Below are positions 48,218 through 55,479 of a stretch of 64,000 nt of DNA, piece after piece. Numbering within the stretch: position 1 is the stretch's first letter; each line of letters begins with the position of its first letter. The notes under the pieces are model-generated. The model saw only the letters and a program-made list of their open reading frames with translations. It was not told where the DNA came from and ran no database searches. The stretch is from positions 1-64,000 of the IMG/VR virus record IMGVR_UViG_3300050821_013430; one strand, 5' to 3'. The position numbers and the translations under genes are program-made.

Positions 48218-48879
48218 AGGTCTTCCCCTAACTGAGCCGCGTCTTCAGGCGTCTTGATGGCGTACTTTTGATTGATTTCTGCGGCTAATAGTTGATATTC
48301 CGCATAAAGTCGCGCTAAAATGGCTTCATCTTGATCCTCGACAAAATTCAATGCTGCATCTAAAGATGGGGTTCCCAGAAACAAATCCAAGTCAGTATCG
48401 GCTACCCGACATAAGGAACGAGCCAGGGTCTGTCTCCGGAGCTCAAAAGATAGCTCAACCGTACCATCAAAAGGGGCTACAGCCAAGAAAATCTCTCGTA
48501 ATTCTCGACCTTTGAGAGATCGGAGCACGAATCGAACATCGTCAATTTCTACCTCTCGGGTCAATCGGCCTAGCCCAGTCAAAACTTCGATTCTGGTTCG
48601 AGCGGTATCTCCCAGTTTTTCTTTTCCAGAGAATTTGGCTTTTCTAGCATCAGAGATGGATTTCTCGATCTCGTCCAGACTCATTTCCTTTACGGCCGTA
48701 CGAGCCTTCATTGCCTCCTGGGCGCTGTTTGAGAGCGGGGGTAGGCCTCTAGCCCTGAGGCGCTCGTTGGCTTGTTCTAGGTCAAATTCGGAAGGTCCAG
48801 AGGCATCTGGTACTTCTAGCTCTTTCATAGGCTGGGAAGTAAAGGTGCGATTAGAGATGGTGCTTTTGATACTTGACAT
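48208..48879 (-). CDS. Tail assembly chaperone (G-type)
   Basis: Between tube and tape measure; FVLRSLKGRE; ends in a slippery sequence. Confidence 0.75.
   Translation of the reverse strand: MSSIKSTISNRTFTSQPMKELEVPDASGPSEFDLEQANERLRARGLPPLSNSAQEAMKARTAVKEMSLDEIEKSISDARKAKFSGKEKLGDTARTRIEVLTGLGRLTREVEIDDVRFVLRSLKGRELREIFLAVAPFDGTVELSFELRRQTLARSLCRVADTDLDLFLGTPSLDAALNFVEDQDEAILARLYAEYQLLAAEINQKYAIKTPEDAAQLGEDLKK
48211..48217 (-). other. Programmed -1 ribosomal frameshift heptamer A AAA AAA
   Basis: GAC CTA AAA AAA TAG; a -1 shift joins the two chaperone ORFs in frame. Confidence 0.8.
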
Positions 48880-48911
48880 AATATACTCCTGAGAAAGTTT
48901 CTATGAGAGTA

Positions 48912-48919
48912 TATATCCG
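48912..48919 (-). promoter_or_regulatory. SSGATATA motif (CGGATATA)
   Basis: Recurrent intergenic motif. Confidence 0.55.
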
Positions 48920-48925
48920 AGAGTT

Positions 48926-49963
48926 TTAGAGGCTTGCTTCAATTGTCTGGGGAATAGTGTGCCTGACTTGCCTAGCACCTTCCGAGATGTTTTGTTTGGC
49001 ATTTAGAGGCCGCAAGTTTTCTAATGCCCAGCATTTCTGAAACGCTTCATCCGCCATTGAGGCATAAATAAACTCACTATGAGGAACAATATGGTCTATG
49101 TGCCACTTCCAGGTGGCAGAATCGTTATCATCCCAAGTGTTTTTCCTATAATGCCCCCAATTATCCCAGGTCATCCACGGCTCGAACTGTTTTTCGAGAT
49201 GATCTTTGAGTTCGTGCATCGTATAGGGTAAGTAATCATTGATAGAATGGTTTCTGACGCTCGTTGCATCTCTAAGTCCCCTATGAATGGCTTTAGAAAC
49301 AACTTTCCTGAGTTTGCGAATGCGTTTGAGATTTTCTTCATCAACGTGGGGGATTATATTGTGTTTGACGCAGTAATCTTGAACATTGGATTTGTGTATG
49401 CCAATAAGCCTGCCAATCTGTGCAGAGTTCCAGCCCCGCCATTTTAGATCACGTATTTGTTGCCCAATTTCTTCGGTAATTTTGCCGGAACAATTGGAAT
49501 TTGAGCTTTTGAGGCCGTGTTGCTTGCAAAAATTCCTGATAGTCGCTTCACCCAAGCCAGTAATTTCAGCGATTTTTGCTCGCCCATATCCTTGGGCCAC
49601 TAGGTCAATGATTTGATGTTTTAGTTCCAAAGCGAGGCGCGTTTCTATTAGCCTACCATCAACGAAAATCCCTTTTCGCTTACAAAAACGAGCAACTGAG
49701 GATTCAGCAAGATCAAACAATATGGCTATTTCGGCCGTGCCCGTTTTTTGAGCATATAGACTAATTATTTTGTCGCCCATTTCTGGAGTGATTTTGACGT
49801 TTCTCTTGATCCCATATTTGGCGAATATCTTACTGACCGATTTGATATTGATGAGAATAGCATCAGCTATCTTGTCTATTGATAGACCCTGCGAGCGTAA
49901 GGCTAAAACCTTGTCTTCAATTTCTTTGGTTAGAGTGGTTCTACGGCGCTTTTGTTGTTCCAT
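48926..49963 (-). CDS. Free-standing HNH homing endonuclease with four HTH repeats (family copy 4)
   Basis: Repeated I..L...G.....IA...G HTH units; WKWHIDHIVPHS...KCWALENLRPLNAKQN. Confidence 0.85.
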   Translation of the reverse strand: MEQQKRRRTTLTKEIEDKVLALRSQGLSIDKIADAILINIKSVSKIFAKYGIKRNVKITPEMGDKIISLYAQKTGTAEIAILFDLAESSVARFCKRKGIFVDGRLIETRLALELKHQIIDLVAQGYGRAKIAEITGLGEATIRNFCKQHGLKSSNSNCSGKITEEIGQQIRDLKWRGWNSAQIGRLIGIHKSNVQDYCVKHNIIPHVDEENLKRIRKLRKVVSKAIHRGLRDATSVRNHSINDYLPYTMHELKDHLEKQFEPWMTWDNWGHYRKNTWDDNDSATWKWHIDHIVPHSEFIYASMADEAFQKCWALENLRPLNAKQNISEGARQVRHTIPQTIEASL

Positions 49964-49972
49964 ACAGCACTC

Positions 49973-49980
49973 TATATCGG
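49973..49980 (-). promoter_or_regulatory. SSGATATA motif (CCGATATA), 9 nt before ATG
   Basis: Recurrent intergenic motif. Confidence 0.55.
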
Positions 49981-50026
49981 ACGCTACAGAAGTTTTGCAC
50001 TTTTCTGACCAAGGGCATCAAAAAGA

Positions 50027-50665
50027 TTAGTATGGGAGTACGGCAGCGAGTAGGCCTGGCACGTCCAGTGCTCCCCTTCGACCACCTACGTCCGCACTCT
50101 GCTCGATATCACTGGTCGGGCTCTGTATTGCCAGCGGAATATTGAGAGTTCCACCTGTTGAACCGGGACCATTGGAAAGGGTTGTAAAGATGTCTTCTGC
50201 TTCCCATTGCATACGGTCAGTGATGATCCAATCAGTAGCCTGATATCCATAACTGATTTCTCTAATCCATACGTTTTTGATGGTAGTAATTAGAGCGTTA
50301 TTGCCATTACCATTCCAAACGTCAATGATTACAATATCGAAAGGGTACCGTTGAGACTTAGCGTGCAGGAAACTGCGTGAAAAGGCTTCAGAAATCCGCA
50401 TCCGCTCGAAACGAATACGCTCGCAGGTGCCACGGACATTAGTAGAACGAACAGGAACAGAATCAATGTGACCATCTGTTCCCACTTCATCAATCATTCT
50501 AATTTCACGATCCTCAGTAATTTCCATACGTTGGACTGCACCGACCGCATTAGGCCCAACCTTGATGATAATATTGGTAGAAATGGCAGTCGAAGTAAGG
50601 TTGCTCCCATTACTATTGAGTAACTGACTTCCGGTGTTCGAAGCAAATTGTTGGGGAATAGCCAT
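50027..50665 (-). CDS. Tail tube protein
   Basis: IIIKVGPNAVGAVQRM...IDEVGTDG...ERIRF...PFDIVIID...TTIKNVWI; follows the sheath gene. Confidence 0.75.
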   Translation of the reverse strand: MAIPQQFASNTGSQLLNSNGSNLTSTAISTNIIIKVGPNAVGAVQRMEITEDREIRMIDEVGTDGHIDSVPVRSTNVRGTCERIRFERMRISEAFSRSFLHAKSQRYPFDIVIIDVWNGNGNNALITTIKNVWIREISYGYQATDWIITDRMQWEAEDIFTTLSNGPGSTGGTLNIPLAIQSPTSDIEQSADVGGRRGALDVPGLLAAVLPY

Positions 50666-50698
50666 CTAGTGAATCCTTTGTAGTAGTCCTACATACTA

Positions 50699-50706
50699 TA
50701 TATCAG
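50699..50706 (-). promoter_or_regulatory. GATATA motif variant (CTGATATA) upstream of the tube gene
   Basis: Recurrent intergenic motif. Confidence 0.45.
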
Positions 50707-50720
50707 GATATTACCGGCTC

Positions 50721-51650
50721 TTACTTATTTCTTGGCTTTCGTTTCTTGCTTTGATGTCGGATTAGTTTGACACCATCTGAATGATTTTGCTTGGAATTGA
50801 GCGGCCTAAGATTTTCCAGGGCCCAGCACTTTCGGAAATTTTCGTCCTCCATTGAAGCATAGGGCAGATCAGTTTGTGGAATGATATGATCGATTTGCCA
50901 AGTCCAAGTGGTTTGATCTGCGTCTTTCCAAGTTTTTCGATGGTAGGCTCCATAAGTGTTCCACGTCATCCAAGACTCAAACTGACCTTCTAAATGGACT
51001 TTTAGTTCTTCTATAGTATAGCCGAGAAAATCGAGACAACTTCGACCTTCTTTCGTGACATTGAAGCCTTTCAGCATTTTCCAGATACTGTATGAAATGC
51101 TTTTACGAAGGACAAAACAAGGATCGGTTTGGCGAAGTTCTTTGGCTCGTTTGTTCCCTTTCTCTTTGTTGAGAAGGTATTCACAGTCTTTACAAACCGT
51201 TTCAAAGGAGACCCGATCACCTTTTACCCTCTTCCTAAAATCAGAGATTGGCTTGGTGATCTGGCAGATTTTGCAGCAGTGCTCGGTTTTGAGGTGGGCG
51301 ATGCGAGGCGGGGTTCTACTACGGGTATCGATTCCAAACTCATCGCGAATGGCATTGACACAATGTCGTGTAATCACAAGCTCTTTGGCAATCTTGCGCG
51401 AGCCCATTCCCTGATCAAACATTTCCTTTACTCGCTGTTTGATATTATAGGACACAACGTTCTCGACTCCTGCTCGATACCACTTTCCGTCACCATATCG
51501 AGGAACAGCCTCATTATCCGATAAAACAAGAACGACGGTTCTTTCACTCATATTGAAGCGTTTGGCTAGATTTTCAACCTCAGTCCCCGCTGTGTAGAGC
51601 ATAATGATTTCCGCTTCTATTTCGGGAGTACGCTTCGTTTTGGCAGTCAT
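50721..51650 (-). CDS. Free-standing HNH homing endonuclease with two HTHs and a Zn finger (family copy 5)
   Basis: HTH units, CCKIC...CKDC, WTWQIDHIIPQT...KCWALENLRPLNSKQN. Confidence 0.85.
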   Translation of the reverse strand: MTAKTKRTPEIEAEIIMLYTAGTEVENLAKRFNMSERTVVLVLSDNEAVPRYGDGKWYRAGVENVVSYNIKQRVKEMFDQGMGSRKIAKELVITRHCVNAIRDEFGIDTRSRTPPRIAHLKTEHCCKICQITKPISDFRKRVKGDRVSFETVCKDCEYLLNKEKGNKRAKELRQTDPCFVLRKSISYSIWKMLKGFNVTKEGRSCLDFLGYTIEELKVHLEGQFESWMTWNTYGAYHRKTWKDADQTTWTWQIDHIIPQTDLPYASMEDENFRKCWALENLRPLNSKQNHSDGVKLIRHQSKKRKPRNK

Positions 51651-51656
51651 AAAGAG

Positions 51657-51685
51657 AACCTAATCACCAGAGGAGTGATTGTCAA
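51657..51685 (-). promoter_or_regulatory. Sigma70-type promoter TTGACA-N17-TAGGTT, 6 nt before the HNH start codon
   Basis: Perfect -35 and 17-bp spacer; short inverted repeat AATCAC...GTGATT spans the spacer; no SD. Confidence 0.5.
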
Positions 51686-51709
51686 TATGCCCTAGTTGAG
51701 TTACGTGGA

Positions 51710-54520
51710 TTATAGCAATCCAATGCTAATTGTCACATAAATGAAATCGATCGGAAATACGGGGGCTACACGCACACTGATATCGATCTGCGTTGGATCC
51801 ACCGAATCCTGCTCAATCAGTAAATCTTTCCACTGCGTGAGCCATCCTTGTGAGATAAAGCTATTGAGTAATCCGTTAGCCCTGGCACTCAAATCTGCAA
51901 CGATAGTATCAGTTTGAGGTAAGCCTATGAAAGCAGCCATTCCGGAACGCATAGATTTAGCAATACGATCTCGAATAAAGACGATTGAAATTTCTTCCTC
52001 TTCGACGAATCCACTTTGTGTAGTTGTAATGCCCCAAACTACTCTACCACCACCAGTTACTGGTTGTAGCACCGTTACACCTGCTTGCGCTAGCTGCGCC
52101 AGCGTCAATGGAGAGTACATCTTATTGCTAAGGATAGTAAAGCCTGACAAAACCTTATTGGTTAGTGGCATTGCAATGTTATTATTACCAGAGCAATAGC
52201 CAGCCGCGGCCGCTGCAAGGAAGTATCCGCTTACTATAACGTTAGATGTTCCTGCTTGAACTACGATTTGGTCGGGGAAGAAGTATACGGCTCGGAAAGT
52301 TTCTCCATAAGAATTGGAAACTGAATAATTAGCCAAATCTTCCGTATCACCATCCAAAATTTCTGCAACCGTATTGCCATGGATACCTTCTAGCACTCCT
52401 AGGCTTTCTACCGCTGCTAACGAGGTTCCAATTAGATTACTTGGAGTCAAACCATTGATAGCGCCAATGAAAGTCACGCGTTCCAACTTGTTAGCGATAT
52501 TACTCATTGTTATGCAGTGAGTAACGGTGTTTTGGAAAATGACCGAAATAGTCTGTAGTGGTAGGGGTACAATGATATCTACATCTACCTTTTCCAATGC
52601 TGCCAAAGCGTTGATCCACCCGGCATCATAAAACGATGCATCACGGGCGTCCACGATGGTAACACGAAGACCAAATCCATTAGGAACAATATTCTTATTG
52701 ACTACAATGTATTCGCTGACATTGAGCGGATCAATTATCTCGTAACGAACATCAGTTTCAGTGATGAAAACTCTCTCAATAGTGAGAGTATTGGTGCCAG
52801 AGTTGTAGGCTGTAATAGCATATGCGCCGTTGTTAGTGCCTACTGGTTGACCAGCAATTTTCAATTGTAAGCCAAGCAGACCGGCTCCCCCTACAGTTCC
52901 AAAATTGATGACAGAGCTGGTAAAACTACCGATGCCATCTTGAAGGCCATCATCTGTTAGCGTGCCATCAGTACCAGAGCTACCAGTTATTGGCGCCCCA
53001 GTGAGAGGATTTATCAACTCGAAGGTGATTCCAGATCCGCTGGTGAAGCTGGTAAAACCATTAGTACTAAACTGTAATTGACCATTGACTACTGAATTGA
53101 TGGTAAAATAAGGGTGAGTACTACTATGAGTGGCATTTTCACTAATGTTAGAGGTATTCTGAGCATCGATGATTAGAAGGATTTTACCGATGTAAGAAGA
53201 ATCAAACACGATAGAAGAACCAAAAACACCTTGCAATCTGCTAAGTCCAGGCGTAATATACCCGTCAAATCCAGTTGCATCAGTAGCAAATTCTTGAATT
53301 ACGCTATAAGAGAAGGAGTTACCGGCAGGAGCCTGAGTGTTATCACCGACAAATGCACAGAGGGTGGGCTGGCCAGCCAATCCTAACTCATAGTATGGAA
53401 ACTGATTAGGAAGTACTTGTGTTTCTACACTAGTCGTATTATTCTGAATGAAGAAGTGGATCTGAGAATTGGGATCGGGAACCACGCCTAACGGAAGTGG
53501 GAAAATAAAGTCATCAATATTAGCGCAGCCCGCCTCTAACGTAGCTACCATATTATCAGTTAGCTGATAGGATGTTCTGCGGGGAAGGCCTGGCATTGTT
53601 TGTACGCACATAATGCCGGGAGTATTGTTGGCAAAAGCCAATTGACAGCCCAATGAAAGAGCATTAGAAGTGCTGGCAAGGCCGAAATTCTTGGCCACAT
53701 CATTCATGCTCTGTAAAAATATTGGAGCATTGATATTTCCAACTGGAATGTAATTAGCCGTGAGAGTATCATTATGCGTTAGTACACCAGAACTAACTTC
53801 GATGGTAAACGAGTCGCCTTGTCTAAACGGTACGCCGTTGGTCTCTTGAATAGAGAAAGAAAGAACGCCATTGTTGATTACTACGTTGTCAGCTGTCCAG
53901 AGGATAGTATTTCCGTTAGCATCCAATTTGTTGCCTGAAACGGTACCAAACGCTACGAAACTGGCGGTTCCAGCAATTGGATTATTCATATTATCACGTT
54001 GCACGCTGATGCACTTGATAATCCAAGTTTCGTTGGGGGCGTCTACGTCAATGAGAGATAAGTTATTGATGACTCCTACGCCTACATTTGAGGCGCCGGG
54101 GGTCCAAAAAGTACCACCCTGATCTACGAGATGGGCTGCCTGAAGTAGAATATGACCATTAGAAGGATCTACCATATAGTCATAAACATTACTAAATGTA
54201 GTAGTTGGAGTTATAGATCCTTCTAAGCCTTGAAGCAAAATACCATCACGAAAAACTTGAGTTCGATTTGAAATGATAGGAGCTGTCGAGAGCGCGAAGT
54301 GTCTCCCGTCTTGACCCGTTGTAGTAGTGTAGGTGGGGTCTAAGCCATCTTTGCCGTTGCCGAGAGCTGCCGTGACTACAATTTCTGGTTTCAGGCCTTC
54401 GCCTAAAATAGCAGCTATGCGAATTCCGCCGGGAACCGAAACTCCAGTAGAAAGAGTCTGCACATTTGTGAACACCCCCGGCGTAATCAGGCCACCGGTG
54501 CCAGGAATATTACCAGCCAT
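51710..54520 (-). CDS. Tail sheath protein with insertion domains
   Basis: N-terminal TPGVFT; C-terminal LAQAGVTVL...RVVWGITT...EISIVFIRDRI...PVFPIDFIYVTI. Confidence 0.9.
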   Translation of the reverse strand: MAGNIPGTGGLITPGVFTNVQTLSTGVSVPGGIRIAAILGEGLKPEIVVTAALGNGKDGLDPTYTTTTGQDGRHFALSTAPIISNRTQVFRDGILLQGLEGSITPTTTFSNVYDYMVDPSNGHILLQAAHLVDQGGTFWTPGASNVGVGVINNLSLIDVDAPNETWIIKCISVQRDNMNNPIAGTASFVAFGTVSGNKLDANGNTILWTADNVVINNGVLSFSIQETNGVPFRQGDSFTIEVSSGVLTHNDTLTANYIPVGNINAPIFLQSMNDVAKNFGLASTSNALSLGCQLAFANNTPGIMCVQTMPGLPRRTSYQLTDNMVATLEAGCANIDDFIFPLPLGVVPDPNSQIHFFIQNNTTSVETQVLPNQFPYYELGLAGQPTLCAFVGDNTQAPAGNSFSYSVIQEFATDATGFDGYITPGLSRLQGVFGSSIVFDSSYIGKILLIIDAQNTSNISENATHSSTHPYFTINSVVNGQLQFSTNGFTSFTSGSGITFELINPLTGAPITGSSGTDGTLTDDGLQDGIGSFTSSVINFGTVGGAGLLGLQLKIAGQPVGTNNGAYAITAYNSGTNTLTIERVFITETDVRYEIIDPLNVSEYIVVNKNIVPNGFGLRVTIVDARDASFYDAGWINALAALEKVDVDIIVPLPLQTISVIFQNTVTHCITMSNIANKLERVTFIGAINGLTPSNLIGTSLAAVESLGVLEGIHGNTVAEILDGDTEDLANYSVSNSYGETFRAVYFFPDQIVVQAGTSNVIVSGYFLAAAAAGYCSGNNNIAMPLTNKVLSGFTILSNKMYSPLTLAQLAQAGVTVLQPVTGGGRVVWGITTTQSGFVEEEEISIVFIRDRIAKSMRSGMAAFIGLPQTDTIVADLSARANGLLNSFISQGWLTQWKDLLIEQDSVDPTQIDISVRVAPVFPIDFIYVTISIGLL

Positions 54521-54562
54521 ATTTATTTCCTTTGAGTTTCATAGTCATCGCTAAAATGCGGG

Positions 54563-54570
54563 TATATCCC
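54563..54570 (-). promoter_or_regulatory. SSGATATA motif (GGGATATA) upstream of the sheath gene
   Basis: Recurrent intergenic motif. Confidence 0.5.
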
Positions 54571-54604
54571 CATACGATTTTATGCAGGAATTGATTATTC
54601 CTTG

Positions 54605-54658
54605 TTTTCTTTTAGTATGCCTTGTCTTATAGATATCACCTAAAATGCTCAGTTTAGC
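54605..54658 (-). pseudogene. Possible C-terminal remnant of an HNH family gene
   Basis: AKLSILGDIYKTRHTKRK resembles AKQNILDGIRRTRHQKK. Confidence 0.4.
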
Positions 54659-54660
54659 CT

Positions 54661-55476
54661 CTATGGTGTTGGGGGAGTAAATTCGTACTGTTTGGCCATA
54701 ATGTCTAAGAATTGAATATTGCTGTTTATGGTCAGATTTTTGGCTACTGGGGCAAGCGGATTATGCAAATCAACAAATTCAATAGAAAAATTGATAACAT
54801 CTAGAATATTTGCTATTGGTATTGCCCGCCTCCACTCAGAACGGATATCTATGGTGATAGTTTGTCGAAAGAGCTTATCATTACGATCATCTATTTCCGA
54901 AGGAGATCCCACTACAAGGGGCTTACAAATTACCCCGGCTTTTTGCAAGCTCTTGAAGGCAATATCAGTTAAACAAATACTAACCAAGTCGATCAAATCA
55001 TCACGAGAACGAAGAGAGCGGGTCATAATATCAATAGAAAGGGCCCCTTCCCAGGCACCTGCAAAAATGAAACTGACGGGATTACGGAAAGAAACAGTAT
55101 TGCCATAACCATCAATAAAGGTGCGAAAATCCCATTGAACGGCTCCTTCTTCCCGATTGATAGAGGTAGGTACATATCGTGACCCAGCATTTTTGATCAA
55201 AATGGCAGGATAGAAAATAGAATCGAAACGATAGTTTTCTCCAATGAATAAGCGAGTTGTAACATCGTCATGCAGTCCGGCATCTATTGGAAGATCAGTG
55301 TGGTCTGGCGTATTAGGGAAACCAAAATGATCCTTAGAATAGTGATAATAACTATCACGCTTGAAAAAATTTCGGAGAGTAGCAATGACTATTTCTTTGG
55401 GGTACATTATCATTGAATTTTGTACCACATTATGGATCGAGTAGAGATCGCTCTTGAATACGTTGTTAGTGGCCAT
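54661..55476 (-). CDS. Neck / tail completion protein
   Basis: YPAILIK...SIDIMTRSLRSRDDLIDLV; directly upstream of the sheath gene. Confidence 0.6.
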   Translation of the reverse strand: MATNNVFKSDLYSIHNVVQNSMIMYPKEIVIATLRNFFKRDSYYHYSKDHFGFPNTPDHTDLPIDAGLHDDVTTRLFIGENYRFDSIFYPAILIKNAGSRYVPTSINREEGAVQWDFRTFIDGYGNTVSFRNPVSFIFAGAWEGALSIDIMTRSLRSRDDLIDLVSICLTDIAFKSLQKAGVICKPLVVGSPSEIDDRNDKLFRQTITIDIRSEWRRAIPIANILDVINFSIEFVDLHNPLAPVAKNLTINSNIQFLDIMAKQYEFTPPTP

Positions 55477-55479
55477 CGG

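Noticed and set aside
44054-51650. Group I introns or inteins housing the HNH genes
   Set aside because: Flanking genes are complete ORFs and the gaps are too short for intron cores; no intein motifs seen in RNR or DnaB
17163-55476. Extracellular contractile injection system or tailocin rather than a phage
   Set aside because: The tail module is contiguous with helicases, RNR, sigma factor, endolysin and homing endonucleases, as in a phage genome
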